NCBI RefSeq assembly: GCF_001194135.2
Contig: NC_068995.1
Location: 14,386,645-14,450,644, forward strand
Source: Octopus bimaculoides
Taxonomy: Eukaryota
Direction: 5' to 3'
DNA: 64,000 bases
Shown here one piece after another: positions 34,681-47,697 of the stretch (the stretch's first letter is position 1; each line of letters opens with the position of its first letter). Below the pieces are notes generated by a model that did not search any database, was not told the origin of the DNA, and worked only from the letters and a program-made list of their open reading frames with translations. The translations under genes and the position numbers were made by a program.

Positions 34681-37636
34681 AAATATATATATATGTGTCT
34701 GTCATACCGGCCATAACGAAGGGAAATAGCCCTGAAACTCGAGTCGCCTTTATATATTTATATTTATATATTTGATCCTTTATATTGAACACTCAATATT
34801 TCATCTACATTCAATACTTTATTTCATGGTGCCATCCATTTTTATTTTACTTTATTTTATATTATATATTGTATATTATATTATATATTGTATATTCCAT
34901 ATTCTATACCCCACATTGGTTCTGCAGGAATATAAATAAAACATAAAAAACAGACAGTGTTGGAACTCTTTTAAACAAAATAATATATANNNNNNNNNNN
35001 NNNNNNNNNNNNNNNNNNNNNNNNNNNNNNNNNNNNNNNNNNNNNNNNNNNNNNNNNNNNNNNNNNNNNNNNNNNNNNNNNNNNNNNNNNNNNNNNNNNN
35101 NNNNNNNNNNNNNNNNNNNNNNNNNNNNNNNNNNNNNNNNNNNNNNNNNNNNNNNNNNNNNNNNNNNNNNNNNNNNNNNNNNNNNNNNNNNNNNNNNNNN
35201 NNNNNNNNNNNNNNNNNNNNNNNNNNNNNNNNNNNNNNNNNNNNNNNNNNNNNNNNNNNNNNNNNNNNNNNNNNNNNNNNNNNNNNNNNNNNNNNNNNNN
35301 NNNNNNNNNNNNNNNNNNNNNNNNNNNNNNNNNNNNNNNNNNNNNNNNNNNNNNNNNNNNNNNNNNNNNNNNNNNNNNNNNNNNNNNNNNNNNNNNNNNN
35401 NNNNNNNNNNNNNNNNNNNNNNNNNNNNNNNNNNNNNNNNNNNNNNNNNNNNNNNNNNNNNNNNNNNNNNNNNNNNNNNNNNNNNNNNNNNNNNNNNNNN
35501 NNNNNNNNNNNNNNNNNNNNNNNNNNNNNNNNNNNNNNNNNNNNNNNNNNNNNNNNNNNNNNNNNNNNNNNNNNNNNNNNNNNNNNNNNNNNNNNNNNNN
35601 NNNNNNNNNNNNNNNNNNNNNNNNNNNNNNNNNNNNNNNNNNNNNNNNNNNNNNNNNNNNNNNNNNNNNNNNNNNNNNNNNNNNNNNNNNNNNNNNNNNN
35701 NNNNNNNNNNNNNNNNNNNNNNNNNNNNNNNNNNNNNNNNNNNNNNNNNNNNNNNNNNNNNNNNNNNNNNNNNNNNNNNNNNNNNNNNNNNNNNNNNNNN
35801 NNNNNNNNNNNNNNNNNNNNNNNNNNNNNNNNNNNNNNNNNNNNNNNNNNNNNNNNNNNNNNNNNNNNNNNNNNNNNNNNNNNNNNNNNNNAACAACATA
35901 AAGAACGACCCTTCACCAGTTGTTGGCTGTTTCTCTAGTCTCGTATTTCGAGCATTTAACAACAATATACGCTTTCGATAAAACAGTTGCTCCTGCAAAG
36001 CAAATTAAATAAAATTTAGGACTTTGCGGAGGGTCAAAATAGGTAACACAAAGAGGACAATGAAAACAAACAAGAAGGGCTGCTAAGCCTAAACGAGGTT
36101 GTGGTGGCGAACGCGTAAATCAAGCTAGGATAGCAGACAAACAAGAACACGTCTTCCTTGTTCCAGCTACAACGGAGAGAAAGAAAGACGGCCGATGGTC
36201 ACGCGGGAGCCATGTGAGCAAGGGAGGAGGAGCGAGGGAGAGAGTGTGACAGATAGGATAAGATAGTGGGAAAGAGGAGGTAAAAGAATAAGAAAGAGTA
36301 AAAAGAGAGAAAAAGGAAAGAGTAAAAAGATCGTATAGAGTGCACATCAGAATTATTAAGATAAAACTTACTTAGAAGAGGATGCGTGGCTTTCAATCAT
36401 ATAATAATATAAATAATATATACGCATATATACATATGTATATTTACATGTATATATGTAAGTATGTATATTCCCTCTCTCTGTATACACACACACACAC
36501 ACAGAATGTATGAAAAGTAAAGATTTCTAAAGTTACGAGGAAGACGAAATAAAAGTGTTGAGAGAAATATTTGTAGTATAGAAATCAACTCAACAAGCTA
36601 TTCTTCCCGTTGTTTGTTCTAAAGATTAATTATCGAACGCGACGGTTCAGCAGGTTTACTTCGCAAATGATTGATTTTTTTTTTCTAAACGCTAGAAAGA
36701 TTCTAATAGGTCAATGACTGATTGTACGTTGTACGCTGAAGTAGCTGCAATTGTATTAGTGAAGTTGGTGGAACTGGTGATGATGGTAGCGTAGGAAAAC
36801 CTAAGTTTTTTTTTTTTTCTAAGTTTGAAGATGGTATCTTACCAGCGGTTCGATGAAACTATTAAACCATCTGATGAGAACGATAGCTATTGGGAGATAA
36901 ATTATTTTCTCCGAGAGATCTATGAGGAATATTAGTTAATTTTGTCTGTTAAGTGACATACTTTTTAAAAATTTTATTTTGGTACTTGTTTTATCAAGCC
37001 CCAGAAAGATGAAACGCAAAATCGACCTCAGCGGAATTTGAATTCAAAACGCAAAGAGCCAGGATAAATGCCATGAAATATGACCTTACTACGATTGAGC
37101 CAGTATTCTGATCGAGTCTTGTACTCTTCTTCATCGACTCTAGAAGAATGAAAGGCAAATTTGACAGCGGCGAGATTTGAACCCGGAACGCAAGAAACCG
37201 GAATAAATATCACACAGTATTTCGTCCGATGCTCTAACGGTTCATATGATTCCTCATTTTTAAAGATGGTAAGGTGTGATTTGAGGGAGATTTTGCAGCT
37301 ATTTCATGCACGTCGACCGACTAAATAGCATCTCCTTCGTTAAATTCTAAAATAAGTAAATAGATAAATGTGTTTGGCACAATACTGTCTGCTCTGTTTA
37401 TTGTTTGCAAAGGAACAAATATTTTCACGTGTCAATAGAATGACTTGTCAAACTTTGACAAGCTATCAACGTAAAAACTTCCATTGTCTTGTCTTTATAT
37501 CGCTTTTTTTCTCTCGTTTCATTTTTGTACAACGATGGCGAAAGGGTGTTGGACCATCAGATTCGTTTGAGCGGTAATCGTAACAGATGTGCCATGGGCT
37601 ACAAAGGCGTCACTGGGATTAGGGCCTCAGAACTTG

Positions 37637-37670
<34 letters not shown>

Positions 37671-38661
37671 TATATATTTCGTAAAAATGAGATTAATATC
37701 AATAGCTTTGGGAGAGTCTCTCATTCTTTCTTTAAATGTTCTTTATGCCCAAAAGTCTGCATATCTCTCGCTGGTATGAAATCGGACTAGCATGCATATG
37801 TGGGTAAGGTATAGGTGAGGTATTGAAATTTCATTTCAGATGACCATTTTGTATGCAATGTCTATCAAAAACCTGCAAGTGACGCGGAAGATTGAAGCGG
37901 TACTTGAACATAAATTAAGTACCAGTTGCGTACTGAGGTCGATCTAATCGACTGGCCCCCTCCGCCAAAACTTCGGGCCTTGTGCTTAGAGTAGAAAAGA
38001 TTCTTTTACTCGTTTCGGTCATTTGACTACGGCCATGCTGGAGCACCGCCTTAAAAGGTTTTTAGTTGAAGAAATCGACCCCCAGAACTTATTCTGTGTA
38101 AGCCTAGTACTTATTGTATCAGGCTCTTTGGCCGAACTAGTAAGTTACGGGAACGTAAACACACCAACATCGGTTGTCAAGCGATCGTGGGGTGGGAGAA
38201 CAAACACAGACACACATAAATTTATATATANNNNNNNNNNNNNNNNNNNNNNNNNNNNNNNNNNNNNNNNNNNNNNNNNNNNNNNNNNNNNNNNNNNNNN
38301 NNNNNNNNNNNNNNNNNNNNNNNNNNNNNNNNNNNNNNNNNNNNNNNNNNNNNNNNNNNNNNNNNNNNNNNNNNNNNNNNNNNNNNNNNNNNNNNNNNNN
38401 NNNNNNNNNNNNNNNNNNNNNNNNNNNNATATCGGGCTTCTTTCAGTTTCCTTCTACCAAATCAACTTACAAGGCTTTGGTCGGCCTGAGGCTATAGTAG
38501 AAGACACTTACCCAAGGTGCTATGCCGTGGGACTGAACTCGGAACCATGTGGTTGGAACGCCAGTTTCTTACCAAACAACCATGCCTACGTTTATATATA
38601 TAAAATAGAACGAAAGTATGAACAGGCAAACAACTGGTATGATATATTATGACACTTTATA

Positions 38662-39167
38662 CAGTAATCCCTCGACTATCGCGGGTGTTATGTTCCAAAA
38701 CTCCACGCGATAGGTGAAAATCCGCGAAGTAGAAACAGTACTGTATATTTTTAGAAGGTGCAGAATGTTTGACGATACTGTAGAGCTTGAAATATATTCA
38801 CAATTTTACACACAAGTGCAAAACAACACCACACACTCGCCTCCCGAGTTTCGTTTCCCATACAGTATGTGCGATTCTTTGTTTACTCATCTACGGTACA
38901 CTACGTATTTTTAAAAAATATATTTTAGTTAATGTGTTATACAGTGCAGTACTGCACTGTATTTTTATTCATTAATTCTTAGGTGCGAAAATGCTTATTT
39001 TACCACAGAAATAATTAAAATCTAAAAAAAAAATAAATATCTATCGGCCGTAGAAACCCACAATATACTAAGGAATCCGAGACATAAATTTACATATATT
39101 AGCCAGAAAAATACGCGATGTACTGAGGACGTGATAGATGAACCGCGATATGGCGAGTGATTTACTG
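38662..39167. mobile_element. Pogo/Tigger-like non-autonomous DNA transposon (about 506 bp)
   Basis: TIRs CAGTAATCCCTCGACTATCGCGG and CCGCGATATGGCGAGTGATTTACTG; TA on the left. Confidence 0.75.
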
Positions 39168-39479
39168 TTTATGTAAACACGAGAGTTTAGTTATTACAAG
39201 GATATCTATTCACGAAATAGTTGTAAGAGACTCTCTGAACAACTAATTACTTACTTCTTCGTGATGATCTATACTCATGTAACAACACATGGTTGTTTAT
39301 ATATGTATAGGAAAGTGGGTTATACATCATTAGATGTATACCTGACTTTCCTATATAAAATTAAGAATTATAACGGAACGCTGAACTCCAGACTATCAAC
39401 ATAACAACATTTATTTAAGGTGGAATATATATACATCTTTAGCTCCTGTTTGTTGTTACAGCTTCTGTGTGTGTGAGTA

Positions 39480-39665
39480 TGGTTGTTGGGACGTTGGTGT
39501 GTAGATGTGAGCGAGCTGTCAAGCGTAAGTTCGAAAGATGGAGAGAGACAACTAAACACGTCCTTGCTCAATCGCTGGCCAGCAAGAAAGAGACAGAATG
39601 AAGCGGGAAAGCTTGGTTGTTGAATTCCACGCATGCGTGAGACTACGCATGCGCACGGCGTTACT
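39480..39665. promoter_or_regulatory. CpG-rich island with two NRF1-like palindromes
   Basis: CACGCATGCGTG at 39628-39639 and ACGCATGCGC at 39645-39654 resemble the NRF1/Ewg consensus GCGCATGCGC. Confidence 0.4.
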
Positions 39666-39880
39666 ACATATGTATGTCATAATGTAACATGACACCATTT
39701 CTTTAGCTGTTTATATTTGATTCTATCTTTTATGTTGCTTGCGTGGTAAGAAGTTTGCTTCTTAACCACATGGTTCAGTCCCACTCTGAAGCGTCTTGGA
39801 CAAGTGTCTTCTACTAAAGCCTCGGGCCGACCAAAGCCTTGCGAGTGGATTTGGTAGACGGAATATGAAAGAAGCCTGTC

Positions 39881-39925
<45 letters not shown>

Positions 39926-40259
39926 NNNNNNNNNNNNNNNNNNNNNNNNNNNNNNNNNNNNNNNNNNNNNNNNNNNNNNNNNNNNNNNNNNNNNNNNNNN
40001 NNNNNNNNNNNNNNNNNNNNNNNNNNNNNNNNNNNNNNNNNNNNNNNNNNNNNNNNNNNNNNNNNNNNNNNNNNNNNNNNNNNNNNNNNNNNNNNNNNNN
40101 NNNNNNNNNNNNNNNNNNNNNNNNNNNNNNNNNNNNNNNNNNNNNNNNNNNNNNNNNNNNNNNNNNNNNNNNNNNNNNNNNNNNNNNNNNNNNNNNNNNN
40201 NNNNNNNNAGTATGGCCGCAGTCAAATGACTGAAACAATATATATATATATATATATAT

Positions 40260-40308
<49 letters not shown>

Positions 40309-41095
40309 TATATACACATACATATATATCACGTGATTGTCAAGACTATCGAATGTCGTTATACATCGCTGACCACAACGCGCTTTGTATCGTTTTAGCT
40401 TTCGAATGATGCCACCCCGCTTAGCTAAGTGAGGAGGCCAACTCTTGTTCTGGTCGGAAGAATAGTCCATCGCAGGGTTATCCATTTATAGCTGAAAAGA
40501 CTGGAGCAACGTTAAAAGAAGTGCTATGTTCATGAACACAAGGCGCCGCTTGGCCGGGAATCAAACCCACGATCTAGCAATCGTGAGTGCAACACCATAA
40601 CCACTCTACACACACATATATATTTATATCTGGTGTTGGTTTATTTGTCCGCGTGACTAAGCGGTTCGGCTAAAATGTCCGATAGAATAAGTAGCAGGCT
40701 TAAAAAAAAACAAAAACTAATAAATACTGGGATCGATTTGCTCGACTAAATCATTCAAGGAGTGCCCCAGCATGGCCGCTGTCCAATGGTTGCAACAAGT
40801 GGAAGATAAAAGATATGCATACACACAATAGCAATTATGAAAACAACGCGGAAAAAAAATGTTATAACGCTAACAAGCATATCAAGTTATTTATTTATAT
40901 GCCGATGCGACGATGACTAATGTGTGTGCTAGTTCTTTTGTCCATATCGTCAGTTGAAAAATCGCCTTAAGCAACATGCAAAGCGAGCATATAGTATTGC
41001 GTCTTACAGCTTTGCCAACAATTTGCTTATGTCGATGAGAGAGCAAGAGAGAGGAAAAGAGAGAGAGAGAGGAAAAGAGAAAGAGAGAGATTACA

Positions 41096-41410
41096 CTGTA
41101 AACTGTCAGTTAGTCAGACAGCACAACGAATGTCATATCTTCAACAACTGACAGCTTACAGGACAGGCGCCATTTTGACGGTCAACCACCGTCGTTATTA
41201 TACTCTATAGTAGTATGAGCTACTGAAAGTGGTGTTCTGATATATCTCGCTCTCTATTTTCTTGACAATAGTCATTCTCATTGCTTTTTTGTTCTTTTCT
41301 TTTTTCAACAAGTTTTTAATATCTCAGTAACGATTAAATACGTAACCCATCAAACATTTCATGAAACTAATCTTATAGTTATATTTGAAGAGTTCTATTT
41401 TTTGACACAG
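41096..41410 (+). promoter_or_regulatory. Candidate promoter and non-coding first exon of the SAMD3-like gene
   Basis: CpG-retaining non-repeat block, YY1-type CGCCATTTT at 41168-41176, CTGTCAG/CTGACAG motifs, perfect donor ACAG|GTAAGT at 41410/41411. Confidence 0.5.
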
Positions 41411-44400
41411 GTAAGTTTATTTGAAAGCCATTTAGTTTAAAAACCTTATCGTAATTGTTTGTTAATTTACACGAAATAATTTTTTTCTTAATTTGCTAAA
41501 CAAAAAAATATTGATGAAAATTTACTCCAATTGTGGAGCATTGTATCGTTATCATAATTGACTATTTCGAGGTCGCCCATTTTCACCTCGTTTGACCAGT
41601 TGACGTCGGCGAACCTGTTTCTTCGTTTGACATAATCCAAATAAATGACCGGGAAAATGTCGTAATTTACTTCCTCTTCTCTATTTATATCCACCTTACC
41701 TTTTGTATCTCGTGTGTTTTAGTTTATTTCATACGAAGAAAATATTCCGTCATTTTTGTCAACTTCGCATGCAAACTATAAGGAACCATATTATTGTAGC
41801 AGCAGTAGGTTCATTTTATTACTTTTAATACAATCGCATTTTTATATCGAAAAATTACCTAAAAATTATGAATGAATAAATAAATATTCAATACTGTAAA
41901 TATTGACAATTTCCTTCGTTTTTGCCAAACATTTAGAATTTGACTACACTGAAATCTATCTAGTTGGCTGTACCCGTCCCCCTCATAAGTGTGGCTTTTT
42001 ATTTCCAAAAGGAATAATATAGAACAATACAGATGCATTTGGAACAGGCATGGAAGTCACAACATCTTCTCCCCATAATACAGCAGCATCAAACCTATGC
42101 ACGAAACAATAGTAATAACAGATCTTGGTAGAAGTGTATTCCTAAATTTTCTCATAAAACTATAAAAAAAAAGGATAATTAGTTGGCGTGCAGTTAGTTT
42201 TCCCTTGCATAAATATAAGGATTATGTCTGATGACCGTTTTTAAAAATATTATTTTTCATGGATATTTACGATTGTTTACGTTTACATTCAAATTTTTCT
42301 GGGACAAGCCACCCGACCAAATTATGAAAGAATAACAAATGTTTATATGTTTAAATTTTAATTACTTTTCTAAATACATCTAGGCATTCCTTCGGTATTG
42401 GTCAAGAGAGTTTAGGATATCGAAGTAGCTAAGACATAATTATTTTATTAATAATCCTAAAAAAGATATACGAAAAGAAAAAGAAGTGAGGTTTAGTAGT
42501 AACCGAGGGACATGTGTAAGAAGCACGGCGTGTTTCCGAGGAGGTGTGTATTTGAAACAAGGATTACGAGAAATATTGAAGACGAAAACCAAATGTTTAC
42601 ATTCAATTTGAGAGAGAGAGAGAGAGAAAAAACAAACTAAAAACACATTTAGGTAACTTATAAGTATTTATTTAGGAACAACATTGAAAACATTGATTTT
42701 AATGATGTGAACGAGAACCTTAAAAGCTTTGAAAACAACATTGATGTTGTATTGATGTATAAGAGGCAATACATATGAGGTCATTTTAAAACCATGCTTA
42801 TTACGAGGGAATAAAAACACGTAATTACCACATTAATTATAAGATGTTGCAGAAATTTGGGAACAATGCAATTTCCTGGCTCTCATTTCATTTAATCACA
42901 TCACAGACATTCGAAACATAAATGAAAATATATTAGCTCGAGAACAATATGATACATAAACACAATATTGAATGTTTATGGAATCGCCACGGAAAGAAAA
43001 TTTAAAAGAATGCCACGTGGTACTTGGGACGTTTTCGAATATCTGTGGCGTGACGAAATGAAGCAAGTTTCTGATGATTCTTTTACAGAATCACATTCTA
43101 AAATTAATGTTGTTTCTAATTAAATGAAAGTACACAATGTTTGGTTTCCGTTTCGGTATTTCATGTAAGCTTTGATGTTTGTTTTTTTTTTACACTCCTC
43201 GTCTCCTCTGCATTTACCATAACGGAGAGTGAAATATAACAGTAAAGTAACAAGTGACTTCGAAGACTGACTGTTTGAATAACAAACGTGTATATCGGCC
43301 CTCACCTTTCTCACTATATTTACGGACAATAAACATGTAAACGGTGTCTACTCATATATGTCCCTATTTGAATAATCATCCCTGCCATTTCCTCCCACCC
43401 GAATCTGGCTCATGACTTGTTGAGCAGGCTTGTTGTAATTAAAGGCATACCAGCAGTAACCATCCCTCATTTTTTGCCTGTGCCCTTGCTCTATTTAAGA
43501 CAGTTAGATGTTATTTGAAAAGAAATTTGACAGCTTTTTCAAGCAAGTGTAGAGATGACGTACGGATTTCTACTTGGACCGTTGTCGCCTTTATCATCCA
43601 CGCTACTAAACTTACAATGTCTCATACATAAATATGGAACTCATAACAAGTAGCTTCTAAGCCTGTGGTTTTTAAGTGAGGTGTAGTTTGTAAAGGATGT
43701 CACAAGATTTTACAAAATTTTATATTTAAATGACACTATTGACAAAAAAAAAAAACGTCAATAAAGGTGTCACTATATTCTAAGGCATAAGGAGATAGGG
43801 TGATATCACGGGGATGTTGAAAACCACGGCTGTTGCACCAATTGCTAGAAATAGCAACCACATTTTTCAGTCATACTTGAGGCAAGCGTTGGCAACCTCT
43901 TTCGAGAAGCGGGCCGCATTATTAAAAAAAAAGAAAGAAAAAGAAAAACTCGGTAATTTTTCGTTAGGCGTGCCATTCAAGAAGTCCTGCAGATTGCCTA
44001 TGCCTGTTTTAGGGGTTGACGTGTTGCTATCACGCAACATCCCACCTTTTTTTTTCTCTCCTTCAAAATTTCTTCGTCGTGTTGTTTTCAACAACAGATA
44101 TTTCAATTTTGCGCCCCCAACACCCAAGAAAAAAAAAACAGCTTTTCAAAATTTCAGTTTCGGTAAATTGGGTATATCCTGGCCCCAAATTTTGTTTTCC
44201 CTTTCTCGGTGGTGCTTGAGGGATGATTTCATTCGGAAAGATATGGGTTTACAAGCAATTTAATCAACTAAAAAAGTGAAAATAAATTGTAGTGAAATCC
44301 CATGATTTTATTTATCTTTGTCTCTTGTTTCAATCATTTGACTGCGGCCATGCTGGGGCATCGTCAGAAAGAATCAATGTAAATATTTTGGTTTCTATTA

Positions 44401-44994
44401 TTGATGTAAATTTGTTAAAAAATGGTTTATCCCTTATGCCTGAAGTCTATGCATTCATCTGATGGGAACGGTTTCTTTCAAATTGTTGTAATCATCATAA
44501 TCATTTAACATCCACTTTCCCTGCTGGCATGGGTTAGACGGTTTGACATGGAGGTGGCTAGCAGGGAGCTGTCTAGACTCCAACTTTCTATGGCTGGATA
44601 CCCTTCCTAACACCAACCACTTAACAGAGTGTGCTGGGTGCTTTTTTATATGCCACCTGCATGGGTGCGATTCCGTACAATACCATCTAGGTAACGCTAA
44701 ACAATTTCTTCACATACATTATATAACCTATGGACTATAGGATTTATATGATGTGGGTCCTTTTGATATCCGTTTTGTCAACAAAGATAAACATCCTGTT
44801 AGTACACCTAATAAGAAGAATGAAAAATGTTGGAAAATGTATCCTATATGCTTTCTCTGTTCCATCCTGTGAACAGAGGAATCATACGACATTGCAGTTC
44901 TCCGAATAGATCAAATTACAAATGTATAAAGGAGACCTTTCGTTTTTATTAGAAATTGAAAATATTTTTCTTCTGGGTACAAGAGGCACCAGAT

Positions 44995-45210
44995 ATTGTG
45001 TGCAAGAGAGAAGAATCTGCTGGTTTGGTCATGTGATGCGTATAGATGAAGACAGTTGCATAAAGAAGTGCCAAGCTCTAATTGTGGAGAGTACCTGTGG
45101 AAGGGGTAGACGAAGTGGTGAGAAAGGATCTTTGCATGATGGGCCTCACTGAGGAAATGACAAAGGACTGGGAGATGCGGCGATTTATTGTACTTGATAA
45201 AATGCATCAA
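44995..45210 (+). mobile_element. RTE-clade LINE ORF2 3' fragment
   Basis: VQERRICWFGHVMRIDEDSCIKKCQALIVESTCGRGR matches the RTE RLRWFGHV.R...RGRP tail. Confidence 0.8.
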
Positions 45211-46261
45211 GCTAAGTAAAATGGCTGTCTTCTACATATACAGGTGTCGGTGCCATTTAAAAACCATCCGTTCTGGTACTGCGTAAACGCACGTAATATT
45301 TTCATCAATCAATTAAATGGAGCGACTTGAAACGGCCGTAATGAATTGACACCTGTACATCTTTGTTACTTATTCATATTCTACATATATATATATATAT
45401 ATATTCTTTCTTTTATTCTTTTACTTGTTTCAGTCATTTGACTGTGGCCATGCTGGAGCACTGCCTTAAAGGGTGTTAGTCGAAGAAATTGACCCCACGA
45501 TTAGGCTTCTTTCAGTTTCCGTTTATGAAATCCACTTGCAAGGGTTTAGCTTGCCTGAGCCTATAGTAGAAAACACTTGGCCAAGGTGCCACGCAGTGGG
45601 ACAGAACTTGGAACCATGTGGTTCCAAAGCAAACATCTTACAACACAACCACACCTGCACCTTTTTAAATAGCATGAAGATGATATCTACAATGTGCAGT
45701 ATGTTTGTTCTATGTGGTTGAGTAGCCTGCTTTGCAATGACACGGTGTCAGGTTCAGCTTTGGGCTGACCAATGCCTTGTGTGTGAATTTGGTAGACGAA
45801 ACTGTGTGGGAGCCCGTTATCATTGTCATCATCATCGTCGTTTAACGTCCGCTTTCTATGCTAGCATGGGTTGGACGATTTGACTGAGGACTGGTGAACC
45901 AGATGGCTACACCAGGCTCCAATCTGATTTGGCAGAGTTTCTACAGCTGGATGCCTTTCCTAACGCCAACCACTCCAAGAGTGTAGTGGGTGCTTTTACG
46001 TGCCACCGGCATGAAGGCCAGTCAGGAGGTACTGGCAATGGCCATGCTCAAAGTGGTGTATTTTACGTGCCACCTGCACAGGAGCCAGCCCAGCGCTACT
46101 GGCAACGAACTCGCTTGAATGTCTTTTCACATGCCACCGGCACAAGTGCCAGGAAGGCGACGTTGGTAACGATCACGCTCAAATGGTGCTATTTACGTCC
46201 CACCGGCACGGAAGCCAGACAATGATCACGCTCAGACGGTGTTCTTAGTGATCTACTGGTA

Positions 46262-46561
46262 CAAGGATGTGATGGATAAATTGTTGCCTATTTATATTCT
46301 TTTTAATTTCATGCATGCGCAATGTTTGTTTTTGATTTTGTCAACTACACAGTATAGTAGGGTCAGCTGGGCACTGTCTTTGAGAAAAACAGCACCATGA
46401 CGCAATTCACTCTGCCAGAAATCTGGTAATGACATTCTGTACTGCTTGGCATTTGCAACGGAAGCTCCAATATGAACATTTCAGAGTGTTTGGGTGCCAA
46501 TCTGAGGACAGTACAGAGGATTCGGAAAGAGCTGGATGAGTCTAATGGTGATTATAAAGGT
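46262..46561 (+). mobile_element. Left end of the same Tc1/mariner family with decayed transposase HTH
   Basis: TIR-like start and GATTTTGT..ACTAC..AGTATAGTAGGG shared with 14820-14875; decayed frame MTQFTLPEIW*...NLRTVQRIRKELDESNG. Confidence 0.65.
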
Positions 46562-46810
46562 ACAGTATTTCGTCCGATGCTCTAACGGTTCATATGATTC
46601 TTCATTTTTAAAGATGATAAGGTGTGATTTGAGGGAGATTTTGCAGCTATTTCATGCACGTCGACCGACTAAATAGCATCTCTTTCGTTAAATTCTAAAA
46701 TAAGTAAATAGATAAATGTGTTTGATACAATACCGTCTGCTCTGTTTATATATTATTCATATTATTATATGATTGAATGCCACGCATCCTCTTCTAAGTA
46801 AGTATGTATG

Positions 46811-46849
<39 letters not shown>

Positions 46850-47492
46850 CATCTTGGCTTAACAGCCCTCACCATTTGTTTTTACTGTTTTCTTCTCACT
46901 GTCCTGTTTTTATTACCACTTTCACCCTCCGCAATAAATTCCAAATTTTATCTAATTTGCTTTGCGGGAAGGACTGTTTTAACAAAGTCGCGTCTTGTCC
47001 CTACCTTCGAAACATAGAGAAAATAAAACAGGGGACAACTGATGAAGGGAATGTTTTTTTATGTTACTTGTTTCGTTTCTCTGTTTGTTTCTTTCGTTGT
47101 TCGAAAAAAAGTTCGTTTTCTATGTTTTTGTTTCTTATGTTCTCCTTTCTCAGTTTTTCTACGTTTTGTTGATGTCCTGTACCCATATATGCATGTATAT
47201 ATACATATATATGTAGGTATGTACGTATATATGCATATATTTATATATCATTTATATTATTACGTTGACCCCAGTGCTTGAATGGTACTATTTCATCAAC
47301 CCTGAAAGGATGAAAAGTAAAGTCACCCTTGGCAGAATTTGAACCCAGGACTTAAAAATAGACAAAATGCCACTAAGCATTTTGTAAGACATCCTAACAA
47401 TTCTGCCACCTAGCCACCTTACAGATTTATAATATATAAAATATAACTTATAATAATATTTGCTTTAATTTTTCAGGAATTCCATTGGCATA

Positions 47493-47697
47493 ATGGCTTC
47501 AGAATGTTTAGACCCCTTGGAAGAATGCATTTCAAAAGCCTTACCAACACAGCCTATTTCAGGCGTAAAAACTCTTGCAAAAACCCTGAGGGACATTGGC
47601 GTGGAAACTCTTGAGGACCTGCAGTATGTTGAAGCTTCAGATCTTTCATCAGTTCTGAAACCAATCCAGATACGCAAACTTCTTCAACAAACCAAAC
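47493..47697 (+). CDS. SAMD3-like coding exon 1 (SAM-like domain); exon starts at 47477
   Basis: tttcag|GAATTCC acceptor, ATG at 47493, donor AAC|GTAAAT, phase 1. Confidence 0.88.

Noticed and set aside
41488-41694. 68-aa protein-like ORF on the minus strand
   Set aside because: Starts at GTG inside a GTAAGG donor-like site, has no acceptor and no recognisable motif.
43814-44263. 149-aa plus-strand ORF in CpG-rich sequence
   Set aside because: TTG start, poly-A/T-derived K/F runs and no motif; it lies in the first intron of the SAMD3-like gene.
46880-47190. Hammerhead-ribozyme-like core: GTC, then stem TTGTCCC/GGGACAA, then CTGATGA (repeat family also at about 20500-20630 and 35895-36070, minus strand)
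   Set aside because: No stem II followed by GAAAC downstream of CTGATGA in any of the three copies; the only CGAAAC lies inside the putative loop I. A covariance-model search (RF00008/RF00163) would be needed to revive it.
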